64,000 nucleotides of DNA from Macrostomum lignano (taxonomy: Eukaryota), in the NCBI GenBank assembly GCA_002269645.1, contig NIVC01001199.1, positions 186,001 through 250,000 on the forward strand, given 5' to 3'. The translations under genes were made by a program, and so were the position numbers. Of the stretch, positions 1 to 12,720 are shown one piece after another. Below the pieces are notes generated by a model that did not search any database, had not been told where the DNA came from, and saw only the letters and a list, made by a program, of their open reading frames with translations. The first letter of the stretch is position 1. The number at the start of each line of letters is the position of its first letter.

Positions 1-1334
1 ATACAGCATGCCGCCGCCTTTAATAATAGATTCCCTGTCAACAAGCTCCTACTCAGCAAGCGCGCCATGATTTTAGTAAAGCCCACGAGACAGTTGCCTT
101 AGCCACTCTGTCTGCTCGATGCCCAATCAATTCAGGGATTAGTTTCTGGGACAAGCCTCAACCCCGCAAGGAATTGAGCTCATAGAGAATTCCTCTAAGC
201 CAACACCCTGCTGTGGCAAGCGGACACTAAATTTGCTCTCAAATCCTATATACTAAAAATGAAAATCTTGCTTGCTTGCTTGTAATCGATTACAGAAAAA
301 ATTTTCACTGAAGCTAACATTTGCTATGCTCCAGACAACTTCTCAGAACTTAATTACAATTGAGTCTAGACTTGTTGAATTAGAAATTTCCAAGAAATCG
401 CTAAAGCAAAATCTCAAAAACAGAAGTTCGTCATGTCAAAGCGATGCTAAATTTAAAATAATCGGGATTCGACCGCATAAAAATGGCTAAAATTGGCAAA
501 GCTTGCAATGCTGTTATGCTGTTATGCGTACAAAAATCAAAAGTACACCCACGCTGCGAGGAATGACGCAGAACCTGACACTGTCTTTTTGTCTGAAAAT
601 GATTTTTCCTTGCTGCCAACCTCGTCTCGGATCTCCGGCAGGAAGCGTCTCCCTTCCTAGTAGCGGATTTAGCCCAGGACTTTATAAGCTATCTGTATCA
701 ATGATTCCGCATAGATTTCTGAGAGGTTATCAAATTCGATTTAGTCAACGTAACGCCTTTGGCGGCTACATCGTCACGTGATTAGCATGACAGCTTCAGG
801 CGGAATTTCAACTCGAACACAGAGGGCATTTTTCTCCAAGCAGTGTTCTACAAATAAAAGTGCATTGAGAATAAATTACTGCGATATTAGATGTAGTTGA
901 AATAGGGCCTATAGGGTCACCTGGGTATGAGAGAACACGGTTGGCCTAGCAACTATTCTGGCGGAACAGATTACAAGTAAATCATGTATTGATTTTTGGG
1001 GTTATTCCTGACGACTCTCCCATAGCAGCCATGGGGATTTACATTCACTCGCCGGACAAAATCAAGCACTCAGAAATGTGTTAGGTACGGGTAACGATTT
1101 ATTTAATCAGTGCAGAAAAATGCACACAGCTTTTAGGCTAAGAGGCATTCTTTTCTGTTGCTACAGAAAAGCCTTTGGGGTAACAGCTGTGAATCTAAGC
1201 CGGCGGATATTTCACACTTTCTAACTGCGAGCTCAGAGAGCGGTGGCGACTGCTTACCTGTACGATTTTGAAGACTCGTCACGGTTTCATGTATCCATTC
1301 TCTCTCTCTCTCTGAACCCGATTCGATGGCGCTA

Positions 1335-2410
1335 GGCTTCCCTTCTCAAATAATCAGTCTCTCCGCTCCCCATCAATTCCTGAATCTGCTTCTCCGCTAG
1401 CCATCAATCCTTGAATCTGCCTCTTCGCTCCCATCAACCCCTGAATCTGCCTCTCCGCTCCCATCAACCCCTGAATCTGCCTCTCCGCTCCCATCAATCC
1501 TTGAACCTACCTCTCCGCTCCCATCAATCCTTGAATCTGCCTCTCCGGTCCCCATCAATCCTTGCATCTGCCTCTCCGCTCCCATCAATCCTTGCATCTG
1601 ACTCTTCGGTCCCCATCAATCCTTGCATCTGCCTCTCCGCTCCCATCAATCCTTGCATCTGCCTCTTCGGTCCCCATCAATCCTTGCATCTGCCTCTTCG
1701 GTCCCCATCAATCCTTGCATCTGCCTCTCCGCTCCCATCAATCCTTGCATCTGCCTCTTCGGTCCCCATCAATCCTTGCATCTGCCTCTCCGCTCCCATC
1801 AATCCTTGCATCTGCCTCTCCGGTCCCCATCAATCCTTGAATCTGCCTCTCCGCTCCCCATCAATCCTTGCATCTGCCTCTTCGGTCCCCATCAATCCTT
1901 GCATCTGCCTCTTCGGTCCCCATCAATCCTTGCATCTGCCTCTCCGCTCCCATCAATCCTTGCATCTGCCTCTTCGGTCCCCATCAATCCTTGCATCTGC
2001 CTCTCCGCTCCCATCAATCCTTGCATCTGCCTCTTCGGTCCCCATCAATCCTTGCATCTGCCTCTCCGCTCCCATCAATCCTTGCATCTGCCTCTCCGGT
2101 CCCCATCAATCCTTGAATCTGCCTCTCCGCTCCCCATCAATCCTTGCATCTGCCTCTCCGCTCCCATCAATCCTTGAATCTACCTCTCCGCTCCCCATGA
2201 ATCCTTGCATCTGCCTCTCCGCTCCCTTGAATCTGCCTCTCCGCTCCCTTGAATCTGCCTCCCCGCTCCCTTGCATCTGCCTCTCCGCTCCCTTGAATCT
2301 GCCTCTCCGCTCCCATCAATCCTTGAATCTGCCTCTCCGCTCCCTTGCATCTGCCTCTCCGCTCCCTTGAATCTGCCTCCCCGCTCCCTTGAATCTGCCT
2401 CTCCACTCCC
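1335..2410. repeat. Minisatellite, ~27-28 bp unit (ATCAATCCTTGCATCTGCCTCTCCGCTCCC)
   Basis: Directly visible tandem units with small variants. It explains the repetitive ORFs at 1397-2416. Confidence 0.95.
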
Positions 2411-2785
2411 CGTCAAACTTTAAATCCACCTATACTAAATCTCTAATCTACTGTCTTTTTGTGTGCATTGCTAGGAAACTAAAGGAGAGCGAGAGAGTTT
2501 AAGAGAGAAAGTGGGCATTTTAAGATGACTCATTTTTATAGGAAAAAGGAAAAAATTTACTGCGAAGAAAAACTGTCAACTCTCGAATCCCTCTGACCGA
2601 AAGTAAATTAAAAACCCGCTATCTGACTCGCTGATTCCGGTTGATGTCATCTCATGCGGATAATAAAAAAATTCTGAAGCTATGCAGAGAATTTTCAATA
2701 CTAAACAGAACCAGTGAGTACTTTTAGATACATAAATACAAGGTGCTGCTTTTTGAGTGTTGCATTCGGATTGTACCCGAAAACC

Positions 2786-3220
2786 CTAAAACTCGAATAC
2801 CTGAATACCCGAATACCCGAATACCCGAACACCCAAATATCCGAATACCCAAATACCGAATGCAGAAATAACCGAATACCCGAATACCCAAATACCCGAA
2901 TACCCGAATACCCGAATAACCGAATACCCGAATAACCGAGCACCTAAATACCCGAATACCCGAATGCCCGAACACCTAAATACCCGAATACCCGAATACC
3001 CGAATACTCGAATACCCGAATACTCAAATAACCGAATACCCGAATACCCGAATACCCGAATACCCGAACACCTAAATACCCGAATACCCGAATACCCGAA
3101 CACCTAAATACCCGAATACCCGAATACCCGAATACCCGAATACCCGAATACCCGAATACCCGATTACCCGAATACCCGAATACCCGATTACCCGAATACC
3201 AGAATACCCGAATACCCTGA
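2786..3220. repeat. (TACCCGAA)n 8-bp satellite
   Basis: Tandem AATACCCG units with degenerate variants. Confidence 0.95.
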
Positions 3221-3711
3221 ATTTTTAGAACCGAAATTTTCTGAATCCTGATTTCGCCGAATTTTTCGAAACCCAGATTCTCTATTTTCGAAATCTTAAC
3301 TATAAATAGTAGGGCGTCGGTTACTTTACCTTTACGAGGGCGGCTTCCCACAATCTCTAATCAATCAATAGTCCCATCAGCTAGCTTGCAGTGGGACAGG
3401 TGCAAGCTCCCATATGAAATCCTTTATTTAATAAGACTCTCCTTTCGCGCGAGATGCTCTTGACTTGACCAACGGAAGATAGAATAAACAGAAGAGAAAC
3501 TTCAGCTTCTCCCTCTCTTTGATTTGATTTTTCCTGCATATTTGTATGCATTTGCCTCACGCAGGGACCATGGACAGCGAAACTAGAATTGTACAGCAAC
3601 GCTCAAAATGTACAGTTTGCGTTTACTCAACGGGTGCGGAGAAGATCTGCTTTCTTTGCACAGCGTTGAATGGGGGTTTCGCCATAGACAAAATCTGTAT
3701 AGAAAAATCTG

Positions 3712-3910
3712 CTCTGGTCGGCAACCTTTTTTACCTTAAGTGCCAGGTAGACAGAGGAATTAGGAGAGGGGAGGGGAGGCGAGAGAAGGGCGAGAAGGGG
3801 AGATAAAAGAGAAGTGATTACGAGCTATTAGAGAAGAGAGCTAAGAAGAGACTCAAGCCTTGACCGGGCCGGATTGTTATTGTGAAGTTTCAAAGGACCC
3901 GAGGTGGAAT
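3712..3910 (+). mobile_element. Truncated hAT(Charlie)-like non-autonomous element, copy 1 (duplicated with its flank at 5852-6090)
   Basis: Starts CTCTGGTCGGCAACCTTTTTTACCTTAAGTGCCAGGTAG, followed by a GA-rich tract and ATTGTGAAGTTTCAAAGGACC, as in the other copies. Block 3462-3900 is repeated at 5597-6080. Confidence 0.5.
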
Positions 3911-4789
3911 ACGAATCTCCCTAGGGTGAGATCTTGTGAATTTAGACCAAAAAAAAACTTTGGAAACCTACCTCCAGTGAAATTTGCACGAACTGCTATA
4001 GTGTAGCACCCTTCTGCCTCAGCTGTCCATGGCATGGATGTCCTTGGTAGGTTTTACTATTTTCGATCCTTGCCATCGTTCCCAATCCGGCTGAAGCTGG
4101 TGCGATGTTTCCCCCTAAGGCGCGAACTTTGAATGATGAATTTCGATAAGAAAAACCATCCCCCAGTCTTCCCCAGCAGTTTTGGTTCCTTAAAGTGCAA
4201 ATAATATTGAATGCCTCTTCCACACACTGGGCAATAGAGAGAGATGGGGTTACTTTAATTTGGTTCCCAGGATAGTGACGCAGTCAGGCCCAGTCGAGTC
4301 ATGTGATTTGACCGGGCGGCCTCTGCCCAGCTGCTTTTGTTCCCTTTGACAACTAAGCGCGGAGCAATGCCCGGTGTTACTAGCTCGCATTGTCCCGACC
4401 CGACTGAGAGCGAATCCCTTTTTCTGTCTTTATATTGTTGCTTCAAAGGAAATACTATCTTCTGCTTTTTGCCTTTTTTATCTCCTTGACTAGCTGAATC
4501 AGAAGGTATGCAAGAATCGTGCAACTAACATCGTACCCTCGTTCTCAATGCAAAAGTAGTTTTTACCAAGTTGAAGCAGTGAACTTGATAACTCTGATCA
4601 AATTCTGAGACAGTCTATGAGAGAAGTTGCTGCTGGCATCTTTGATCTTTGTGCTGATGTCTATGGCCGAGTTATCAACTTGTCTATGGGCCAATTCTTG
4701 TCTACTGCTGCCAAATGGAAATTCTCAGCTTGGTTGACTTTGAAAAAGTGACTTCAGTTGTAGTGACAAAAAAGTGAACACTTATGCTG

Positions 4790-5040
4790 AACACGCGTAC
4801 ATCATTGCAGGATCGAGAACGGCGAAAGACGACTGGTGAAAAGACCTCGATATAAAGAGAACCAAGGGTGACATTGTACACAGATCTATCACTGAGGTTC
4901 GCGTTGCTTTGAAGCAACGGGGAGCAGCCGCGAGGACAAAATTTGCTGTGACTCAATTTGTTAAAGAGAAGTCCACCGTAACGTTAAGGGAGATGAAGGA
5001 GAAGCTGGAAGCCGAACTTCTAGGCAATCAGCCATCGCCT
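4790..5040 (+). pseudogene. IS630/Tc1-like transposase N-terminal HTH relic (second copy at ~6102-6305)
   Basis: Disrupted frame reads ...DIKRT...RVALKQRGAAARTKFAVTQFVKEKSTVTLREMKEKLEAEL, resembling the PRGG..K / P..TL.E...L pattern of IS630-Tc1 DNA-binding domains. Contains stops and frameshifts. Confidence 0.45.
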
Positions 5041-5091
5041 AGGCAATTTTCATCTTTTGATACCAGGGTATGTCTTGATTTTCTTATCGTT

Positions 5092-5516
5092 CAGGGATCG
5101 GCAAACTTTTTTACCTCAAGGGCCAGATAGAGAATCTAGTGGCATGACTGCAGGCCAGGGGAGGGGAGAGAGGAGAGAGTCAAAGGGAATAGAGAAAATA
5201 GGAGAAAGGAGAGGCGAAGGAATAATGGAGAGGAGAGGATGAAGAGAGTATTGGAGAGGAGAAGAGGAGAGGAGAGGAGAGGAGAGGAGAGGAGAGGAGA
5301 GGAGAGGAGAGGAGAGGAGAGGAGAGGAGAGGAGAGGAGGAGAGGAGAGGAGAGGAGAGGAGAGGAGAGGAGAGGAGAGGAGAGGAGAGGAGAGGAGAGG
5401 AGAGGAGAGGAGAGAGAGAGGAGAGGAGAGGAGAGGAGAGGAGAGGAGAGGAGAGGAGAGGAGAGGAGAGGAGAGGAGAGGAGAGGAGAGGAGAGGAGAG
5501 GAGAGGAGAGGAGAGG

Positions 5517-5596
<80 letters not shown>
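5092..5596 (+). mobile_element. hAT-like MITE 5' end plus expanded (GAGAG)n/(GA)n microsatellite
   Basis: CAGGGATCGGCAAACTTTTTTACCTCAAGGGCCAGATAG at 5092 resembles recalled hAT-Charlie termini (CAGGGGTCGGCAAAC...). The microsatellite spans ~5245-5596. Confidence 0.6.
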
Positions 5597-5599
<3 letters not shown>

Positions 5600-5943
5600 A
5601 CTTGACCAACGGAAGATAGAATAAACAGAAGAGAAACTTCAGCTTCTCTCTCTCTCTCTTTGATTTGATTTTTCCTGCATATTTGTATGCATTTGCCTCA
5701 CGCAGGGACCATGGACAGCTAAACTAGAAGTGTACAGCAACGCTCAAAATGTACAGTTTGCGTTTACTCAACGGATGCGGAGAAGATCTGCTTTCTTTGC
5801 ACAGCGTTGAATGGGGTTTCGCCATAGACAAAATCTGTATAGGAAAATCTGCTCTGGTCGGCAACCTTTTTTACCTTAAGTGCCAGGTAGACAGAGGAAT
5901 TTGGAGAGGGGAGGGGAGGCGAGAGAAGGGCGAGAAGGGGAGA

Positions 5944-6015
<72 letters not shown>

Positions 6016-6325
6016 GAGAACAGACAAACCTTGCGTTAGAGAGCGAGCGAGCGGCTATTGTGAAGTTTCAAAGGACCTTGAAGGCCGGACAGACAGGCTT
6101 ACACGCGTACATCATTGCAGGATCGAGAACGGCGAGAGACTACTGGCGAAAGACCTCGATATAAAGAGAACCAAGGCCGACATCGAACACAGATCTGTCA
6201 CTGAAGTTTGCGTTGCTTTGAAACATTAAGGGAGGGTGGGGGCATTAACGTTAAGGGAGATGAAGGAGAAACTGGAAGCCGAACTTTTAGGCAATGAGCC
6301 GTCGCCTGGACTGCCCACTGTACAT

Positions 6326-6530
6326 CAGGGGTTGGCAAACTTTTTGACGTCAAAGGTCAGATAAAAAATCTAGTGGTATGACTGCGGGCCAGGGGAGGGG
6401 AGAGAGGAAGGGGCCAGAGGGAATAGAGAAGAGATAATAGAGATAGGAGAAAGGAGAGACGAAGGAATAATGGAGAACAGAGGAGAGAAGAGAGGAGAGG
6501 AGAGGAGAAAAGAGGAGAGGAGAAATTTGT
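6326..6530 (+). mobile_element. hAT-like MITE 5' fragment with short GAGAG tract
   Basis: CAGGGGTTGGCAAACTTTTTGACGTCAAAGGTCAGATAAAAAATCTAGTGG, homologous to the 5092 copy. Confidence 0.55.
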
Positions 6531-7554
6531 TACAATTTGCCGTTCGGAAGACCGTGTTGCTAAAACTGGCTCCCTTTTGCCAAATTTGAATGCACACTTG
6601 AACTGATTCTGCCATAGTTGGCCATAAACATATTGCCGCAAGGTTAATGCTTTGCCTATGGGCTTGCCAAAAATGAAGACACTTTGCCAAAGATCGAAAT
6701 AGTATTTCATCAACATGGCTGACCAAAGCAACACTGACGTGGGGGACAGGATGCTACCATTCTGAAAACTGAGTTTCTTCTTAATCTTCTTTCAACATCG
6801 TTTCCGTCAGAGTTATCATTATCAGCTCCCGGTGCAGGTGCACTGCACTCGCATGGAGGTCGCTTTTTCATAGATTTGACTGAACATGAAAAAATGAGCA
6901 AGTCAACTGGCTACTAAGCCATCGATAAGCAGCTCAAGGAAGTTCGCTCAGCTGATTTAAATCCATTCTAGACTATCAGTGTCATTAACTCGCTTCACTG
7001 CTCATCGAAGGTTCATTTAAGCGAAAGAAATAAACTTGATCTGAAATCTGGAATCCTTAGTAGGGTCTGTCCTTGAAGTCAAAGAGAGCTAATTTTAAAC
7101 CGCGAGCTTTTTATAAAGAATATTGCAATAACTCCCAGGTGAAGAACTGCTGGATCTCCCCTGCGGATAAAAAGTTCCATCTTATTTTTCTCTCAAGCAC
7201 CCCCGGCGATTCCCCCATTCTCCTAAAATCCAATCTCTTTTTTCCCAGTGCGCCTGCTTGTCCGCTCGACCGCGCCAATCCGATGGTTATCTACTGATTG
7301 GAGAATGGGGGTGGGACTCGAATGACTCGGATAGCCAGAAAATAATTGGGGGCACCGAGTATCCTGCAATGCCTATATAGGACTTACACTGAGTAAAAAA
7401 TCTTGCACGATATCTTCTTCATCAACCATGGGAGACATTATGAGTTATAAGGGTAAACTTTTTACTTCGCTAGAAGCAATCAAGCAGAGCCCTGATGTCC
7501 TTTGCAACATTTATCACAAGATTTATTGGTGATTTAGGACTTCTGGTTGGCTTG

Positions 7555-8163
<609 letters not shown>

Positions 8164-8930
8164 GATTGCAAATGCTCCTGGCCAATTGTAAGTAGCTCCT
8201 GCTGCACTTTGAGCAGGGGGCGTTGTTTTTTTTAAACGATTTTTTAAAATGTGTTTTCAGACATGACTATAAATCAATAAATGAAGATTTATTTTAATTC
8301 GTAATTTGATGCGGGCGCTCAACCAGGGCTTTGCCTGCTTGCTTGGATAATACATTTAGCTCGTTGGAGCGAATATAGGAGCGTCTCGTCTCCTTTGACA
8401 ACAATTGTTATAGAGCCCGCCTTTCGCCGCTTTTATTCCTCGCAACTCCAAACATTGCTTATATAAACTATAGCCTATTATTAGATGCAAGTATTTTTAT
8501 TACTCTGGATGTCTCTAATAGCTGCAACTCAGCAACAGTGAGGTACTTTTATTGATAGGCGCCTCAATCAAGGATATGGAATTCACGGAGTTTTAACTAT
8601 GGACCGCTAGGTGGCGGGATAATAAGCCAACGATACAAAATCTTCGCAGAGCTAGTGAAGAGTTTTCATTAGCAGGCGACTGTTAATTGGTGCATTAGTG
8701 GCCATAGTGTAGCAGTTACTTCTTTGAAATCGGCATAGTTCATGCAAAAATTCGGCTTTTGTTATGAATTAGAAATATTTCAACTTTCGAAATTTCCTAT
8801 TCCGAAAAGTGAAGCAGGCGTATTCTTAACTGAGATTGACTCGTAACGTCGTGACCAATTTATTCCTCTTTTGGCCCCCTTTTTGGCTAGTGTCAGTGTC
8901 GCGCGTGTTTGTATAGGAATACCAAACATA

Positions 8931-9123
8931 GGGCCGTATGCAGAAAGCTCTGTCTAGGGTAGTCCGGTCTTGAAAAGCTAGTCTGGACTTGGATTTGGTA
9001 TGCAGAAACACAAAGTTAGACCGGTCTACTATAGCAGAACTAGGCTAGCTAGACCATAGACTATAGACTGAACTACCCAAGTCCGGACTAGCTAGTCTGG
9101 ACTAGGCTTTCTGCATACGGCCC
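8931..9123. mobile_element. PIF/Harbinger (Tourist)-like MITE, 193 bp
   Basis: Perfect 18-bp TIR GGGCCGTATGCAGAAAGC / GCTTTCTGCATACGGCCC, flanked by a 3-bp ATA duplication (8928-8930, 9124-9126). Confidence 0.8.
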
Positions 9124-9732
9124 ATAGACTAACTAAAACTAACAAAAAACACGTAGATACACGTATGAAAAAAAACAGCTGGTGAAAATTTTTTTTAGAA
9201 AGTGCAGAAAGCTTGGCGAGCTGTTCAGTGAAAATGCATATTTCTGCAGTTCCGAAGCCGCTGCCTCGAGTTGCATAACAGTTCTAATCTTCGACATTTT
9301 GGTCGCTCTCCAACTACGCTCAAGTGTGCCCTTGTGACGGCAATTGCTAGGCTAAATCTTCTCTTAAGGGTCATTTTGCAATCTCTAGAGAGCTTATAAC
9401 TATAGCGCACTTTAAGTAAGATACAAAAATCTTACTCATCGTATGTAGCGTATGTTCTTCAACCGATTGTTACGAGGTTCGGCCTGTTTATCACACGTCC
9501 GAGTTGAATAAAAGTAGTTTAACTCTTTTTAATCGTGTTTACATGTACTCAGCAAACACCAGCTATTACTCTAGGACTACACAAGTAGGAGGGGTAACTA
9601 CGTTTCTTAGGAATGGTTTTACTAAATAATACATTACGAGGAACGTGGAGTTTCTCATTCATATATTTCAGCACAAAGTTTGTAATTACTTTTGATAGGG
9701 GGGGGGGGGCAGACCCAATTTTAATCTTTTGA

Positions 9733-10411
9733 TTTGTCGTGCAAACTTTTTTACCTCAAGGGCCAGATAGAGAATCTAGTGACAAGACTGCTGGTCAGGG
9801 GAGAGGAGAGGAGAGGAGAGGAGAGGAGAGAGAGAGGAGAGGAGAGGAGAGGAGAGGAGAGGAGAGGAGAGGAGAGGAGAGGAGAGGAGAGAGAGGAGAG
9901 GAGAGGAGAGGAGAGGAGAGAGAGAGAGGAAGAGAGGAGAGGAGAGGAGAGGAGAGGGAGAGGAGAGGAGAGAGGAGAGGAGGAGAAGAGGAGAGGAGAG
10001 GAGAGGAGAGGAGAGGAGAGGAGAGGAGAGGAGAGGAGAGGAGAGGAGAGGAGAGGAGAGGAGAGGAGAGGAGAGGAGAGGAGAGGAGAGGAGAGGAGAG
10101 GAGAGGAGAGGAGAGGAGAGGAGAGGAGAGGAGAGGAGAGGAGAGGAGAGGAGAGGAGAGGAGAGAGAGGAGAGGAGAGGAGAGGAGAGAGAGGAGAGGA
10201 GAGGAGAGGAGAGGAGAGGAGAGGAGAGGAGAGGAGAGGAGAGGAGAGGAGAGGAGAGGAGAGGAGAGGAGAGGAGAGGAGAGGAGAGGAGAGGAGAGGA
10301 GAGGAGAGGAGAGGAGAGGAGAGGAGAGGAGAGGAGAGGAGAGGAGAGGAGAGGAGAGGAGAGGAGAGGAGAGGAGAGGAGAGGAGAGGAGAGGAGAGGA
10401 GAGGAGATTAT

Positions 10412-10491
<80 letters not shown>

Positions 10492-10495
10492 AAGG

Positions 10496-10557
<62 letters not shown>

Positions 10558-10613
10558 GCTATTGCTATTGTAAATTTTCAAATGACCCGAGGGCCAGAGT
10601 TTGCCGACCTCTG
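9733..10613 (+). mobile_element. hAT-like MITE with both termini and an internal ~760-bp (GAGAG)n/(GA)n expansion
   Basis: Degenerate 5' end GTCGTGCAAACTTTTTTACCTCAAGGGCCAGATAG. The 3' end AGTTTGCCGACCTCTG is the reverse complement of CAGAGGTCGGCAAACT. No 8-bp TSD is visible. Confidence 0.65.
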
Positions 10614-11344
10614 TTTTTTGCATTCTTTGATATTCGTAGGGCTTTCGTTCAGAAAGTTAGGATTCTAAGCCGTACTCAACACTGTAAAATATAAAATACT
10701 CAAAATGTTTCCCAGGGCGCACGCTGCATGCTTGCTCAATTCACCCCGCAAGCCAGTGCGCCGCGTCCTAACTTTAAAATGTCATACAATAGGCAACAGG
10801 TTGCTGCTTCAGCCTGACCTCTACCTGAACCGGGACGTGATCCACAATGGGAGATTTTAATAAAACAAATGTTAGAAATGTTGAAAAAACATGGATTTTG
10901 CTGCAGTAGAAATTGATTAGAGATACGCCTTCGTGACTTTCTTTTTTCTTCATCTCTAGCCATTGCTACAGTTCCGTAAATTCAAGAAGCGAATACCGTT
11001 TAATAATTCATGAAAAGCAAACAGCATATTCAGTCACTTTACGTGCGCTGGCCTACGCCTGCCTGCTTAAATCATTTGTATGCGCAACATGTGGTGTGCG
11101 TGTGCGTTTGACTCGCGTCTTGTGGCCAAATACGTACCAGTGTTGACTCAAGGGGCACAGACGTCATGTATACCTACTATGAACGCTACCAGGGTGTAAT
11201 TAGAAAATCAAAAAATTAATGCAATAAATACGGACTTGTTAAGAATACAGATTCTGACACTACTTATAGTAATTCAACTAGACCTCCACCCGGAGGCAAA
11301 GAAAGGAATAAGTTTTTTAATAATCTGCATGTAACTTTTCACCT

Positions 11345-12135
11345 CTGTCACTTGCGCCTCCTGCCAGCCAACCTAATAAGGCTTAAGTCTTGCTCAAGCT
11401 GCTCTCGCGCAGGTGAAGGAGACGGCGCAGCGTGACACCGTGGTCGTCCTCAGAGACCTGAACGCGGTTTTGCGTAGGTCCGAGTGGTAGCTGTTTGTGA
11501 CACCACACGAGAACGGCAACAACGGAGCGCTGGAAGACTTCCTATAGAGGCAGAACATAGTTTCAACCAAAACCCGCTTCCGCAAGTCATTCGGCAGGCT
11601 CGCGACCTTCATGATCGAGCTGCAAGGGGAGGCGGGGGAACGCTCGCGGCCGGAATGCGACGCTGAGGCAGGCACTGCTCGATCACTTGCTTGTGCATTT
11701 TCGTGAGTGCCGCTGTGCAGTGTCGTCAACTGTCCCCATCACCATCACGCCACTGGCTATGCGGTCCGACCATCGGCCCCCTTGACTGCGATCTGCGCCT
11801 ACGTGATCCTCTACCGTCCTCCGAAGCGGCCATCGCGGCATTACTACCGTACGCTCAAGGACACCCAGCAGACATGTCGCCATCTCGCTAGCGCCTTCGT
11901 CAACGCGCTTGGCGACACGTGCGACAGAGCAAGCAGTCCCGCTGATGCGACCGGCCCAACGTAAGCAGTCGGTCTGGCTGGATGACTCTGCGATTCGGCA
12001 AGCGAGGGCAGAGCTGGAAAGGCTCCGTCTGAGCAGGCGGCAACTCGTGAGGCAGAGTCTCTGGCGGCTGTCTACCTGCCATGCAGAGACTTCCTGCCTG
12101 TTGCGGCTGCCGCTGAACGAGTACTTGCCGCCCCA
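11345..12135 (+). pseudogene. Degenerate non-LTR retrotransposon (LINE) APE-type endonuclease fragment
   Basis: Interrupted frames give VVVL(R)DLNA (GDxNA motif), NG..LEDFL...STKTRFRK...ATF, LDHLLV and MRSDHRPL, the characteristic endonuclease motifs in the correct order, with in-frame stops. Confidence 0.75.
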
Positions 12136-12465
12136 TCGCGGCTCAGTGGCGCAGATCTTTATGGGGTCATTAATAATCAGTTTTCAGTGTGTCTGGTGTG
12201 ATCTGCGGGTGTACGTTCTTGAGTATGGATATGTATGGACCTGATGGTCGAGGAAATCTCGTACGTGATGATCGCGCTTTTTACTTTTCATTTTTCAGGC
12301 CATCAAATTAAGCATATGATTTGAGATCGTTCTCGTTTTTAAAAAACTTAACGATATTGTTATAGCTAATTTTTTTGGCTACGTATGTATGACCTTTCCA
12401 CCCACACACAGGAAGAGTTCCTGCATGACTTTGTGCAGTTGGCCGGACTCACTGGGTATTTCACT

Positions 12466-12720
12466 GCACGCCTGTGGGCTGGCATCGCAATAAATGACAA
12501 AACTTAGCTGCTCACAGAACTGGTTCACAGAGCTGCAAGTCGGGCAGGAACTCCTCCTGTGTGTGGAAAGGTAATTCTGGTGCATATCGTGACTGCATGG
12601 GCAGATCTACTCAGAGCTGTTACGCGGCAGTTTCTGCCATTTGTTACGGCAAACTTTGGCTGCCTGCAGAATTGCATTCTTCAAGACGACAACGCTGCAC
12701 CACATCGAGAGAAAAATACA
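12466..12720 (+). pseudogene. Tc1/mariner transposase DDE-domain relic
   Basis: LWAGIAINDKT*L (cf. VWAGIS..GKT.L) and ...FLPF...CILQDDNAAPHR (QDNAPxH motif), with frameshifts. Confidence 0.65.

Noticed and set aside
1-1300. Short ORFs and a minus-strand donor at ~1259
   Set aside because: All frames are interrupted and no family motif was recognised.
1397-2416. Multiple overlapping repetitive ORFs (up to 319 aa)
   Set aside because: Minisatellite translation artefacts.
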